Source of the DNA: Candidatus Omnitrophota bacterium
GTDB lineage: Bacteria > Omnitrophota > Gorgyraeia > Gygaellales > Profunditerraquicolaceae
DNA length: 38,302 nt
Direction of reading: 5' to 3'
NCBI GenBank assembly: GCA_049517335.1
Contig: JBEKSD010000016.1
Span: 1-38,302 of the forward strand
Shown: one piece after another, positions 17,995 to 27,654 of the stretch
How positions within the stretch are numbered: the first letter of the stretch is position 1
Layout: each line of letters starts with the position of its first letter
The notes under the pieces: model-generated
Told to the model about the DNA's origin: nothing
Seen by the model: only the letters and a program-made list of their open reading frames with translations
The model's database searches: none
Position numbers and translations under genes: made by a program

Positions 17995-19332
17995 ATGAAC
18001 AACGAACTTTTAGATAAAGTGCCGCCACAAAATTTGGAAGCTGAAATGGCGGTCTTGGGGTCTATGCTTCTGGATGAAGAAGCGATTTCCATTGCCGTGG
18101 AAACATTAGATGGTAGTTATTTTTATAAGGACCATCATAAGAAGATTTTTGAAGCGATACTGGAGTTATATAATGTAAACAAAGCCGTAGATTTAATCAC
18201 CCTTACCAATGAGTTAAAAAGAACGGGTGCCTTGGAAGAAATAGGCGGCCCGAGCTTCCTTGCTTCTTTAGCTAACGCAGTCCCTACCTCCGCCAACATT
18301 GCCCATTATGCCGGCATCGTCAAAGAGAAAGGCATTTTACGGACACTTATTAATAATTCCACCCGCATTGTCTCCATGTGCTATGAAACCGAGGGCAATA
18401 TTGATGAAGTGGTGGATAACGCAGAAAAATTCATTTTTGAGGTAAGCGAGAGGAAGACACAAGGGGGGTTTATACCGCTAAAAGAATTGGTAAAGGATAG
18501 TATTGAGACTATTGACCAGCTTTACCAGAAGAAACAGCATGTTACAGGCGTACCTACGGGTTTCGTTGATTTTGATATTAAAACCGCAGGGTTACAGCCT
18601 TCGGACTTGATTATTATCGCAGGCCGGCCTTCAATGGGTAAAAGCTCTTTAGCTTTGGGTATAGCCGAATACGCCGGGATTATCGAGAAAATCCCGACAG
18701 CGATTTTCAGCCTTGAAATGTCAAAAGAACAACTGGTGCAGAGGATGCTTTGTTCGCATGCGAAAGTAGATGCGCATAAGGTCCGCACTGGTTACCTCTC
18801 GACCTCCGACTGGCCGCGCCTGACCGCTGCCGCGGGAAAATTATCGGAGGCGCCGATATATATTGACGATAGTCCTGGGATATCAGTTATGGAATTACGC
18901 GCCAAAGCGAGGCGCCTTAAGATGCACCATGATATCCAGCTCATAGTGCTTGATTATTTGCAGCTTATGCGCGGTTCAAGCGGCATTGAAAACAGGCAGC
19001 AGGAAATATCGGAAATCTCACGTTCCCTGAAAGCGCTGGCGAGGGAATTAAATGTTCCTTTAATTGGTATAAGCCAGCTCTCTCGCGCGGTTGAATCGCG
19101 CACCGACCACAGGCCACAGTTGTCCGATTTAAGGGAGTCGGGGGCTATTGAGCAGGATGCCGATGTAGTCGTGCTTTTGTTGAGGGAGGAATATTATAGC
19201 CCTACGCCGGATAATCAGGGGATAGCCGAGGTTATAATTGCCAAGCAACGTAACGGCCCAGTAGGCAATTTACAGTTGGCATTCATTAAAGAATATACCC
19301 GTTTTGAGAATATCTCGCGCCTGAGCGAATAA
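17995..19332 (+). CDS. dnaB: Replicative DNA helicase
   Basis: PPQNLEAE, AGRPSMGKS, FSLEMS, DYLQLM, SQLSR, DLRESGAIEQDAD, KQRNGP; no intein. Confidence 0.97.
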   Translation: MNNELLDKVPPQNLEAEMAVLGSMLLDEEAISIAVETLDGSYFYKDHHKKIFEAILELYNVNKAVDLITLTNELKRTGALEEIGGPSFLASLANAVPTSANIAHYAGIVKEKGILRTLINNSTRIVSMCYETEGNIDEVVDNAEKFIFEVSERKTQGGFIPLKELVKDSIETIDQLYQKKQHVTGVPTGFVDFDIKTAGLQPSDLIIIAGRPSMGKSSLALGIAEYAGIIEKIPTAIFSLEMSKEQLVQRMLCSHAKVDAHKVRTGYLSTSDWPRLTAAAGKLSEAPIYIDDSPGISVMELRAKARRLKMHHDIQLIVLDYLQLMRGSSGIENRQQEISEISRSLKALARELNVPLIGISQLSRAVESRTDHRPQLSDLRESGAIEQDADVVVLLLREEYYSPTPDNQGIAEVIIAKQRNGPVGNLQLAFIKEYTRFENISRLSE

Positions 19333-19336
19333 TTTG

Positions 19337-19365
19337 TTGATTTAGGCTTACTTTTTCTATATAAT
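19337..19365 (+). promoter_or_regulatory. Sigma70-type promoter for bamA-skp-lpx (probably leaderless)
   Basis: TTGATT-N17-TATAAT ending 7 nt before the bamA ATG; no Shine-Dalgarno. Confidence 0.6.
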
Positions 19366-19372
19366 ATTAAAA

Positions 19373-21739
19373 ATGCGCAAAACTTTTTCTTCACTTCTGT
19401 TAATACTCTTAGCAACAGCGGGTTTCATATCAGTCTCTTTCGCACAGGAAGAACAGAAGCCAAATACCCCTCCAAAGTCAGTAACAGCCATTGAAGTGAG
19501 AGGCAATAAAGCTATAAGCAGCAATATCATTATTTCTAAAATGAAGACCCGTATCGGCGAGCCGTATCAGGAAACGGTAATCAACGATGATTTAAAGCGG
19601 CTTTATCTTTTAGGTTATTTCAGCGATATTAAAATAGATAGTGAAGATTACAAGGACGGGCTTAAAGTTATCGTTTCGCTAGTGGAAAGGCCAATTATAT
19701 CTAAAATCAGCTTTGCGGGCATCAACCGCATTACCATGAAGGATGAGAAATTAAAAGGGCTCCTGAAATCAAAAGAAACGCAGTATCTGGATTACCCGAA
19801 CCTCGGCGAAGACGTCAAAACCATCTATAAAATGTATGAAAAAATGGGTTTCAGTCAGGCTGCAATTGAGTATAAAGTAAATATTGACAAGGAGACTAAT
19901 AAAGCAGAAGTAACGTTTAATGTGGTTGAAGGAGGCAGGGTCCGTATAAAGGATATTAATATAGAAGGGAATAAAAATTTCACCTCAAACCGCATCCGAA
20001 AGCTGCTTAAAACCAAGAGTGCATGGCTTTTTAATGCGGGGGTCTTAAAAGAAGATGTATTAAAAGAGGATATGGAACGTATCAAGACTTTTTACCGCAA
20101 GAACGGCTTTGCCGATGTTAGTGTCTCATATGAAGTAAAACCCGATCCGCTTAAGAAATTTTTATTGCATATAATTATAAGCGTTAATGAAGGCAAGAAA
20201 TACTTCGTCGGTAATGTTACCTTGCAGGGTAATAAAGATATCAGCGAAAAATTGATCTTAAGCAGCTTGAAGTATTGTCTGCCGGGAAAAGTCTATGACG
20301 AGGACGGGCTTAAGGAAGATGTTGCCGCTATCCAAAGCGTGTATTTTGACCGTGGCTACATTTCCTGTCAGGTCCTTGATGCGACTTCCGTGAATAGCAC
20401 GACGGGCCGCGTTGACCTAAACTATTCCATTACAGAAAATCAGGTTTCTTGCGTAGATAAAATAAAAATACGTGGCAACGTTAAGACGAGGGACCTTGTT
20501 ATCCGCCGGGAATTGAGGATCCGGCCGGGAGATAAATTTGACGGCGAAAAATTACGCCGCAGCAAAGAGAGGCTGCAGAATTTGGGTTTTTTTGATGATA
20601 TAAGCTACGATACGGAAGAGACCAGTGAAGAGAATAAGAAGAATTTAATCGTTGACGTTAAAGAAACCAAGACCGGATCTTTCAGTTTTGGCGGCGGCTA
20701 TAGCACCGTTGATTCGCTCATCGGGTTCTTTGAGATTGAGCAGAAGAACTTTGACTGGAAAAACTGGCCTTATTTTACCGGCGCGGGCCAGAATTTGACA
20801 TTCCGCGCCTCATTCGGCACCATAACCCATGAATTTGAATTAAGTTTTACCGAGCCGTGGTTGTTTGATTACCCTATTTCTTTTGGTTTTGACGGTTATA
20901 ACCGCGAGCATAAGCGCGATACCGATGTCGGTTATGGTTATGATGAAAAAGTTACCGGAGGAGATTTACGCTTAGGCAAGGAATTGAGCGAATATTTAAG
21001 GAGCGATTTGGTGTACCGGCTTGACCAGATAAATATTTCCAATATTGATCCCTCTGTTACCAGCAGTGCCCTTCTGGATGAGCTAGGTACCAATGTTATC
21101 AGCAGCATTACTCCCAGTATTACTTTTGACAGCCGGGATAATGTGTTTGACCCGAGAAAGGGTGATTTCTTTACTTCATCTATTGAGTTTGCAGGCGGTC
21201 CGCTTAGCGGGGATAAGAATTTCTGGAAGTTCATGGGGCGTTATTCCCATTATTTCCCGATGCCATACAATGCTTCATTAGAGGTTAGAGGGAGGATAGG
21301 TTTAAGCGATTCTTACGGGGATTCTTCTGAGGTTCCTGTTTATGAAAGGTTCTTTGCCGGCGGCGCCTATACTATCAGGGGGTATGAAGAAAGAAGCTTG
21401 GGTCCCGTTGACAGCAGTACAAACGACCCGCTGGGCGGAAATTCAATGTTAATCGGGAATATTGAATATACGTATCCGCTGTTTAGTTTCTTAAAGGTTG
21501 CGGCTTTTTATGATATGGGAAATGTTTGGGAGAAAATAAGCGACATAGGCTCTAATAAAGATGCTAACGGCGTTATCAATTCGGGGGGGTTTAAATCCGG
21601 CGTTGGCTTAGGCGTTCGCATTAAAACACCGCTCGGCCCCATAATGCTTGATTACGGTATCCCTTTAGATAAAGCTCCAGGTGAAACAACCAGACACACT
21701 GGTGGAAGGTTCAGCTTTAGCGCAAGCCATGGGTTCTAA
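19373..21739 (+). CDS. bamA: Outer membrane protein assembly factor BamA
   Basis: Signal peptide, five POTRA-like repeats, IRGY motif, TPLGP, terminal Phe. Confidence 0.96.
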   Translation: MRKTFSSLLLILLATAGFISVSFAQEEQKPNTPPKSVTAIEVRGNKAISSNIIISKMKTRIGEPYQETVINDDLKRLYLLGYFSDIKIDSEDYKDGLKVIVSLVERPIISKISFAGINRITMKDEKLKGLLKSKETQYLDYPNLGEDVKTIYKMYEKMGFSQAAIEYKVNIDKETNKAEVTFNVVEGGRVRIKDINIEGNKNFTSNRIRKLLKTKSAWLFNAGVLKEDVLKEDMERIKTFYRKNGFADVSVSYEVKPDPLKKFLLHIIISVNEGKKYFVGNVTLQGNKDISEKLILSSLKYCLPGKVYDEDGLKEDVAAIQSVYFDRGYISCQVLDATSVNSTTGRVDLNYSITENQVSCVDKIKIRGNVKTRDLVIRRELRIRPGDKFDGEKLRRSKERLQNLGFFDDISYDTEETSEENKKNLIVDVKETKTGSFSFGGGYSTVDSLIGFFEIEQKNFDWKNWPYFTGAGQNLTFRASFGTITHEFELSFTEPWLFDYPISFGFDGYNREHKRDTDVGYGYDEKVTGGDLRLGKELSEYLRSDLVYRLDQINISNIDPSVTSSALLDELGTNVISSITPSITFDSRDNVFDPRKGDFFTSSIEFAGGPLSGDKNFWKFMGRYSHYFPMPYNASLEVRGRIGLSDSYGDSSEVPVYERFFAGGAYTIRGYEERSLGPVDSSTNDPLGGNSMLIGNIEYTYPLFSFLKVAAFYDMGNVWEKISDIGSNKDANGVINSGGFKSGVGLGVRIKTPLGPIMLDYGIPLDKAPGETTRHTGGRFSFSASHGF

Positions 21740-21762
21740 ATAATTAAAAAGGAGGAAGTAAG

Positions 21763-22266
21763 ATGAAAAGGTTCACAGGAATTGTTTTAGGCGGAGTACT
21801 TGTCATATTTTTATCGATGTCTCTTTCGTTTGCGGCGGATAAACTTGCTTACGTGAACTTAAGCAAGGCATTCAGCGAATATACGAAAACCAAAGATTAC
21901 GATAAAATCCTGACTGAAAAAGAAAATGCTTATACCGCGGAGAGGGATAAGAAAGCCAATGATTTAAAACAGTTAAGAGATAAGATTAACCTTTTAAGCG
22001 ATAAGGAAAAAGAAACAAAGCAGGCGGATTTTCAAGAAAAGGTAAAAGCTTTTCAGGAGTTTGTCTCTCAGAAGGAAGGGGACCTGCGCAAAGAGCAGGA
22101 TGAGAGGATGAGAGAAATCATGCAAGACATACAGGGCGTGGTGAAGACGATATCAGAAAGAGACGGGTATACGTTAGTCTTTAATGACCGGGTTTTGGTC
22201 TATCAGCAGAAGAGCCTTGATATCACTGATCAGGTTGTGACTGCTTTGAATAAACAAAAGAAATAG
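21763..22266 (+). CDS. skp: OmpH/Skp periplasmic chaperone
   Basis: Signal peptide, KLAYVN, coiled coil, GYTLVF...DITDQV; lies between bamA and lpxD. Confidence 0.92.
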   Translation: MKRFTGIVLGGVLVIFLSMSLSFAADKLAYVNLSKAFSEYTKTKDYDKILTEKENAYTAERDKKANDLKQLRDKINLLSDKEKETKQADFQEKVKAFQEFVSQKEGDLRKEQDERMREIMQDIQGVVKTISERDGYTLVFNDRVLVYQQKSLDITDQVVTALNKQKK

Positions 22267-22274
22267 ATGTCTTT

Positions 22275-23312
22275 ATGCAAAAGACTTTAAAGGATATTGC
22301 TGAAATAGTCGGCGGGGAACTGGTCGGTGACGCTGATGTGGAGATTACGGGAGTTGCCGGGATTAAGGAAGCTGAGAGAGGGGATATTACCTTTCTAGCC
22401 AATCCAAAATATGCACCCCTCATAAAGACAACGCGCGCATCCGCCATAATCACGGATTATGGCTGTAGGCTAGCGCCGAAACCGATTATCCGCACCAAAA
22501 ATCCCTCTTTGGCTTTTGCCCAGACTATATCAATTTTTACTCCTCAGGAACAGATAAAACCTGCCTCTATACACAAGAGCGCCATTATCGGTAAAGGCGT
22601 TTCTTTGGGCAAAAATGTCGCCATCGGTCCCTATGTGGTTATTGAAGATGAAGTTTCTTTAGGCGACAATTCAGTAGTTTATCCGGGGGTATTTATCGGC
22701 CACCATACTAAAATCGGCCGCTCTGCGCTTATTTATCCCAATGTCTCAATCCGCGAGTGCGTGTTAATCGGAAAAAACGTAATAATCCACAGCGGCACGG
22801 TCATCGGCTCCGACGGTTTTGGGTTTGTGGCAGTTGAAGGCAAACACCGCAAGATACCCCAGATAGGCATCGTTGAAATAGGCGATGATGTTGAGATAGG
22901 AGCAAACGTGACTATAGACCGCGCCCGTTTTGCTAAAACAGTTATCGGCAGAGGGACAAAGATTGATAATCTGGTGCAGATTGCGCATAATGTGATCGTA
23001 GGCGAGGATTCTTTAATCATCGCACAGGCAGGTATCTCAGGCAGCACTATTATAGGAAATAAGGTTATAATTGCCGGACAAGCCGGGCTGGTGGGGCATA
23101 TTAAAATCGGAGATGGAGCGGTTTTGGCGGCGCAGGCAGGAGTGACTAAGTCTGTCCCGGAAAATACGACAGTTTCAGGGTATCCTGCCCGTAAGCATGA
23201 AACCGCAATAAAGGTGAACGCCTGTGTGCAGAATCTTCCTAAATTATACGAAGAGATAAAAGAATTAAAAAATAAAATAGAGAAACTGGAAGCAAAATTA
23301 AAGAATGGATAA
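22275..23312 (+). CDS. lpxD: UDP-3-O-acyl-glucosamine N-acyltransferase
   Basis: [37 protein letters not shown]. Confidence 0.96.
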   Translation: MQKTLKDIAEIVGGELVGDADVEITGVAGIKEAERGDITFLANPKYAPLIKTTRASAIITDYGCRLAPKPIIRTKNPSLAFAQTISIFTPQEQIKPASIHKSAIIGKGVSLGKNVAIGPYVVIEDEVSLGDNSVVYPGVFIGHHTKIGRSALIYPNVSIRECVLIGKNVIIHSGTVIGSDGFGFVAVEGKHRKIPQIGIVEIGDDVEIGANVTIDRARFAKTVIGRGTKIDNLVQIAHNVIVGEDSLIIAQAGISGSTIIGNKVIIAGQAGLVGHIKIGDGAVLAAQAGVTKSVPENTTVSGYPARKHETAIKVNACVQNLPKLYEEIKELKNKIEKLEAKLKNG

Positions 23313-24624
23313 ACAAAAGACAATTAAAAAAGAAGTATCCTTAAGTGGCATAGGCCTACATACGGCAAGTAAGGCAAAAATTACTTTTAAACCCGCAGAA
23401 GCAGGCGCAGGGATTAATTTTATCCGCGTTGACGTTGCGGATAAGCCGGTAATTAGGAAAGACATAAACAATATATTCTTATCTTCTTCTATGTCGCGCC
23501 GCACATCGCTGGGGAAGGAAGGTTTGGAAGTCCAGACGATTGAACATTTAATGGCGGCTGTGTCCGGCCTCGGCATTGATAATTTAAACATTGAGATAAA
23601 TAATAAAGAAGTCCCCGGTATGGATGGGAGCAGCCTTGATTTTACGGAAACGCTCCTCAGCGCGGGGATAGTTGAGCAGGAGAAAGAGCGCCAATATTTC
23701 CTTCTAAAAGAGCCGCTTTACGTCGAGGAAGGCTCTTCATCTATCGTAGCCCTCCCGTGCCCGGATTTCAAGATTTCCTACACTCTTAATTACAACAATT
23801 CTATGCTTAAATCCGAGTTTTTAGAATTAAAGGCTACTCCGGAAGTATTTAAATCTGAGATTGCGCCTGCCCGGACTTTTTGTTTAGAGGCGGAAGCAGG
23901 GGAACTGCAGCGGCAGGGATTTGGGCAGGGGGCAAATTACGACAATACCCTTGTAGTCGGAGAAAAGGGAGTGATAAATAATACATTACGTTTTGAGGAT
24001 GAATTTGTGCGGCATAAGATATTGGATTTAATGGGGGATTTGTTCTTAGTTGACTTTCCTATTAGGGCGCATATCATCGCGTTAAAAAGCGGGCATTCGC
24101 TAAACTTAAAAATTGCCCGGAAGATTTCTGAGCAAATAAAGAAAAATACTGCTGCCGGTATCCCTGCGGGAATGTATCAGCCTGTCTCGGGAGAGATTCT
24201 TGATGTGGAAGCGATTAAGAAGATACTTCCGCACAGGGAGCCGTTTTTATTCGTGGACAAGATAATCCACCTTGAACACGGTAAGCGCGCAGTGGGTATC
24301 AAAAATGTGACCATCAACGACTATTTTTTTAAAGGGCATTTTCCGGGAAGACCGGTTATGCCCGGCGTAATCATGGTTGAGGCCATGGCGCAGGTTGGGG
24401 GGGTAATGATGCTTGCTTTGGAAGAGAATAGAGGTAAACTTGCTTTCTTTATGACCATAAATAATATTAAATTCAGGAAAACTGTTGTTCCGGGCGACCA
24501 GTTAGTATTAGAGGTCGTAGCCGGTAGAATGAAGTCCAAGACCGGACAGGTCCTCGGTAAGGCACTAGTTGACGGTAAGGTTGTTTGTGAAGCAGAGTTA
24601 ATGTTTGCCATAGTTGAGGGTTAG
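23305..24624 (+). CDS. lpxC: Bifunctional LpxC deacetylase / FabZ dehydratase fusion
   Basis: LpxC: [28 protein letters not shown]. FabZ: [28 protein letters not shown]. Confidence 0.95.
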   Translation: MDKQKTIKKEVSLSGIGLHTASKAKITFKPAEAGAGINFIRVDVADKPVIRKDINNIFLSSSMSRRTSLGKEGLEVQTIEHLMAAVSGLGIDNLNIEINNKEVPGMDGSSLDFTETLLSAGIVEQEKERQYFLLKEPLYVEEGSSSIVALPCPDFKISYTLNYNNSMLKSEFLELKATPEVFKSEIAPARTFCLEAEAGELQRQGFGQGANYDNTLVVGEKGVINNTLRFEDEFVRHKILDLMGDLFLVDFPIRAHIIALKSGHSLNLKIARKISEQIKKNTAAGIPAGMYQPVSGEILDVEAIKKILPHREPFLFVDKIIHLEHGKRAVGIKNVTINDYFFKGHFPGRPVMPGVIMVEAMAQVGGVMMLALEENRGKLAFFMTINNIKFRKTVVPGDQLVLEVVAGRMKSKTGQVLGKALVDGKVVCEAELMFAIVEG

Positions 24625-24625
24625 G

Positions 24626-25411
24626 ATGCATGTTCATCCGACAGCGATAATCTCTAAGAAAGCAAAACTGGGGGAGAATGTTTCTGTAGGTCCCTATTCA
24701 GTTATAGGCGATTGCATTGAGATCGGCCCGGGCACAAAAGTGGGCGCCCACTGTCTAATCGACGGTAATACAAAAATAGGCACAAACTGCGAAATTTTTA
24801 CCGGCGCAGTTGTCGGTTCGCGGCCGCAGGATCTGAAGTTCAAGGGAGAAAAAGTTTTCTTAGAAATCGGTAACAATAACATCATCCGTGAATACTGCAC
24901 CCTGAATCCCGGCACAGGAGACGGGGGAAGGACTTTCGTAGGAGACGGCAACCTCCTGATGGCTTATTCTCATATTGCGCATGACTGCCACGTCGGCAAT
25001 GAATGCGTCATTGCTAACGGCGGCACGTTTGCTGGGCATGTTACAATCGAAGATAGGGCGGTTGTCGGCGGGCTTGTGGCCATCCATCAATTTGTGCACG
25101 TGGGTACGCTTTCAATAATCGGCGGCTGCTCAAAAGTGGTTCAGGATATCCCGCCATATTCTACCTGCGATGGGCACCCTACGCGGGTCTACGGCTTAAA
25201 CTTAGTCGGATTAAGAAGGCAAAAGTTCTCCAAAGAATCAATTGAAAACCTTAAGCGCGCCTACAAGATATTATTCAATAGTGGCCTTACTCAAAAGCAT
25301 GCTTTAGAGAATTTGGAGGCTCAAGTCAAGGGTTCTGCCGAAGTCGATTATCTTGTAAATTTCGTAAAGAGGTCCGAGCGCGGATTATCCCGAACCTGCC
25401 GCGCAGAATAG
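24626..25411 (+). CDS. lpxA: UDP-N-acetylglucosamine O-acyltransferase
   Basis: VHPTA, PQDLKF, IRE, MAYSHIAHDC, HQF, GLN.VGLRR. Confidence 0.96.
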   Translation: MHVHPTAIISKKAKLGENVSVGPYSVIGDCIEIGPGTKVGAHCLIDGNTKIGTNCEIFTGAVVGSRPQDLKFKGEKVFLEIGNNNIIREYCTLNPGTGDGGRTFVGDGNLLMAYSHIAHDCHVGNECVIANGGTFAGHVTIEDRAVVGGLVAIHQFVHVGTLSIIGGCSKVVQDIPPYSTCDGHPTRVYGLNLVGLRRQKFSKESIENLKRAYKILFNSGLTQKHALENLEAQVKGSAEVDYLVNFVKRSERGLSRTCRAE

Positions 25412-25414
25412 ATT

Positions 25415-26218
25415 ATGGATAAAATAGGTCTTATCGCCGGAAACAGAAAGTTTCCTCTCCTTTTAGCCGCCTCGGCGAAGAAACAGGGCTGTTATATCGT
25501 AACAGCCGCCATCAAAAAAGATACAGACCCGGAAATAAAAAAATTCAGCGATAAAATTTACTGGCTTGGCCTTAACGAATTTAGCCGCCTTTTTGAAGTG
25601 TTTAAGGGTGAAGGGGTAACCAATGTCATTATGGCCGGACAAATTAGCCCCCGCCGTCTCTTTAGCAGGGAAATTGGGAAAGACCCCGTTTTAAAAAATC
25701 TCCTTTTTGAGATAAAAAATAAAAAAGCCGATACTATATTCGGCGCAATTGCCGAAAAGTTAAAAAGTGAAGGTATCAAGCTTCTTGATTCAACAATTTT
25801 TGTCAAAGAATATTTATTCAAAAAAGGTATACTTACCAAACTTGAGCCGTCACCTGAAATGAAAGAAGACATAAGTTTCGGTTTTGAATTAGCCAAGGCA
25901 GCCGGCGGCCTGGATATAGGGCAGACCGTTGCGGTTAAGAATAAAGCAATAGTTGCCGTTGAAGCTTTTGAAGGCACCGACAATTTAATCAGGCGTGCGG
26001 GCAGACTTGCGGGGCGCGGGATAACAGTCGTCAAGGTAAGCAAACCCGGGCAGGATATGCGTTTTGACATACCGGTTATAGGTTATAACACCGTTAAGAA
26101 CCTGGCTAGGGCGCATGCAGCCTGCCTTGCTATTGAAGCAGAAAAGGTACTTTTTATAGATAAAGAAAAATCATTGCAACTTGCGAACAAGTTTAATATT
26201 TCTATCGTAGCTGTGTAA
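25415..26218 (+). CDS. lpxI: UDP-2,3-diacylglucosamine diphosphatase LpxI
   Basis: IGLIAG...P, DIGQTV, AVEAFEGTD..IRRAG, QDMRFDIPVIG. Confidence 0.93.
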   Translation: MDKIGLIAGNRKFPLLLAASAKKQGCYIVTAAIKKDTDPEIKKFSDKIYWLGLNEFSRLFEVFKGEGVTNVIMAGQISPRRLFSREIGKDPVLKNLLFEIKNKKADTIFGAIAEKLKSEGIKLLDSTIFVKEYLFKKGILTKLEPSPEMKEDISFGFELAKAAGGLDIGQTVAVKNKAIVAVEAFEGTDNLIRRAGRLAGRGITVVKVSKPGQDMRFDIPVIGYNTVKNLARAHAACLAIEAEKVLFIDKEKSLQLANKFNISIVAV

Positions 26219-26251
26219 TGATTAGGGACCAAGTTGGGGTCTATATTTTTG

Positions 26252-26280
26252 TTGACAGCCAGAAAATTGTGGAGTATGTT
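26252..26280 (+). promoter_or_regulatory. Sigma70-type promoter for CBM48 gene
   Basis: TTGACA-N17-TATGTT, then AAGGAGG RBS. Confidence 0.6.
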
Positions 26281-26303
26281 AAGGTAGAAAGAAGGAGGCG
26301 GAT

Positions 26304-26579
26304 ATGGCAATCGCATTAGGTTCAAAGTCAAAAGAGTTCAAACTTTATGCTCCTACGGCAAAGAAAGTCTTCCTCGCTGGCTCATTTAATAACTGGAACA
26401 CTAAGAAGAATGCGGCGAGAAAAGACACTAAAGGTAATTGGTGCGTTAAGTTGAATTTAAAGCCGGGAAAATATGAATATAAGTTTTTTGTTGATGGGGC
26501 ATGGCAGAATGACCCAAGCTGTAACTCTTGTATTCCGAACGCATTCGGAACCCACAATTGTTCGGTGGAAGTAAAGTAA
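26304..26579 (+). CDS. Stand-alone CBM48 / AMPK-beta-like glycogen-binding domain protein
   Basis: APTAKKVFLAGSFNNW, GNW, L.PGKYEYKFFVDGAW..DP, NAFG..N. Confidence 0.9.
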   Translation: MAIALGSKSKEFKLYAPTAKKVFLAGSFNNWNTKKNAARKDTKGNWCVKLNLKPGKYEYKFFVDGAWQNDPSCNSCIPNAFGTHNCSVEVK

Positions 26580-26607
26580 TTTTTTTATAAAAAAGAGCTA
26601 GAAAATT

Positions 26608-26644
26608 AGGGCGCCTGATTTTTAACCGGCGCCCTGTCAATTTT
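26608..26644 (+). terminator. Putative intrinsic terminator hairpin
   Basis: AGGGCGCC(26608-26615)/GGCGCCCT(26628-26635), with only a displaced short T run. Confidence 0.5.
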
Positions 26645-26660
26645 AAGCAAAAAGGTAAAG

Positions 26661-27380
26661 GTGAAATACGTTTACGGTCCGGTAAAATCTCGCAGGCTGG
26701 GGTTGTCATTAGGTTTAAGTTTAACTCCTCATAAGGTCTGTAATCTTGACTGTCTTTACTGTCAACTGGGGAAAACCAACGAAACCGTTAGCCAGAGAAA
26801 AGAGTACGTGAGTATTGAAGGTATTCTAGCTGAGTTTAAAGAGTGGCTTAAAAATAACCCGGAAGCTGCAAAAGAGCTGAATTACATCACTCTTTCAGGC
26901 TCAGGAGAGCCTACCTTAAACTCACAACTCGGCCGCTTAATAGATAAAATTAAAAAGATAAGCCGCACCTCTGTGGCTGTCATAACTAACGCCACCCTCT
27001 TAAACGACGAAAAAATGCGTTCGGACTTAAAGTTCGCGGACTTGCTGGTTCCTTCTTTGGATGCCGTCGAGCAAGGTGTTTTTGAGAAGATTAACCGCCC
27101 GCAGGCGGGGATAAAAATAAAAGACATAATCAGTGGGCTGATTTCCTTAAGAAAAGGTTTTAAGGGTAAAATTTGGCTTGAGGTGATGCTGGTTAGGGGC
27201 GTAAATGATAACCTTGTTGATATAAGAAAGTTAAAAGAAGCAATTGAAAAAATCAGACCAGATAAAATACAGATTAATTCTCCCGTGCGCACGACAGCTG
27301 AAGCAGGGATAATGGCTGTTGATAGTGAAAAGTTGGAAGTGATTAGGAAAATTTTAGGGCCAACCGCCGAGATAGTTTAA
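26661..27380 (+). CDS. Radical SAM protein (COG0731 / TYW1-related Fe-S oxidoreductase)
   Basis: YVYGPVKSRRLGLSLG, CNLDCLYC, SGSGEPTL, PSLDA, INRP. Confidence 0.88.
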   Translation: MKYVYGPVKSRRLGLSLGLSLTPHKVCNLDCLYCQLGKTNETVSQRKEYVSIEGILAEFKEWLKNNPEAAKELNYITLSGSGEPTLNSQLGRLIDKIKKISRTSVAVITNATLLNDEKMRSDLKFADLLVPSLDAVEQGVFEKINRPQAGIKIKDIISGLISLRKGFKGKIWLEVMLVRGVNDNLVDIRKLKEAIEKIRPDKIQINSPVRTTAEAGIMAVDSEKLEVIRKILGPTAEIV

Positions 27381-27383
27381 TTT

Positions 27384-27457
27384 GCGCCTGTAGCTCAATT
27401 GGATAGAGCGATAGCCTTCGGAGCTATGCGTTGCCGGTTCGACTCCAGCCAGGCGCA
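27384..27457 (+). tRNA. tRNA-Arg(UCG)
   Basis: GCGCCTG/CAGGCGC acceptor, GCTC/GAGC D stem, ATAGC-CTTCGGA-GCTAT anticodon arm, TTCGACT loop; one C.A mismatch in the T stem. Confidence 0.92.
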
Positions 27458-27469
27458 ATGTAATTAAAA

Positions 27470-27589
27470 GGCCGCCGAGTCTTACCTTTCGTAGCACCAC
27501 TCGAATTTTCCCACCGTAGAAATTCTCGTTCGGTGATTATGCTCGCTCGCATAAGTCAACATGCTGCTTCAAGGCAAGCCTCGTCAGCC
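27470..27589. ncRNA. Unidentified structured element (candidate ncRNA or palindromic repeat)
   Basis: Interrupted closing stem of about 25 bp (GGCCGCCGAGTCTTACCTT..GTAGCA with TGCTGC..AAGGCAAGCCTCGTCAGCC) enclosing two hairpins. Confidence 0.4.
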
Positions 27590-27602
27590 GCTTAAAAAGA
27601 AA

Positions 27603-27631
27603 TTGACTTTGCGCGTAGAGAGTAGGATAAT
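27603..27631 (+). promoter_or_regulatory. Sigma70-type promoter for glycine-zipper lipoprotein
   Basis: TTGACT-N17-GATAAT, then AAGGAG RBS. Confidence 0.6.
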
Positions 27632-27654
27632 ATTTTGAAGAAAGGAGAATACCT

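Noticed and set aside
22733-23323. 196-aa minus-strand ORF and similar antisense ORFs (8219-8602, 25558-26070, 26882-27292)
   Set aside because: They lie wholly opposite well-supported genes and show no recognisable motifs.
23305-24624. LpxC-FabZ fusion as a novelty
   Set aside because: Already well known from Bacteroidetes and other diderm phyla; kept as a feature only.
27470-27589. Hammerhead ribozyme (minus-strand CTGACGA ... CGAAA) or SRP RNA (GAAGCAGC)
   Set aside because: Hammerhead stem I cannot be formed, and the SRP CAGG-stem-GNRA-stem-AGCAG geometry is absent.
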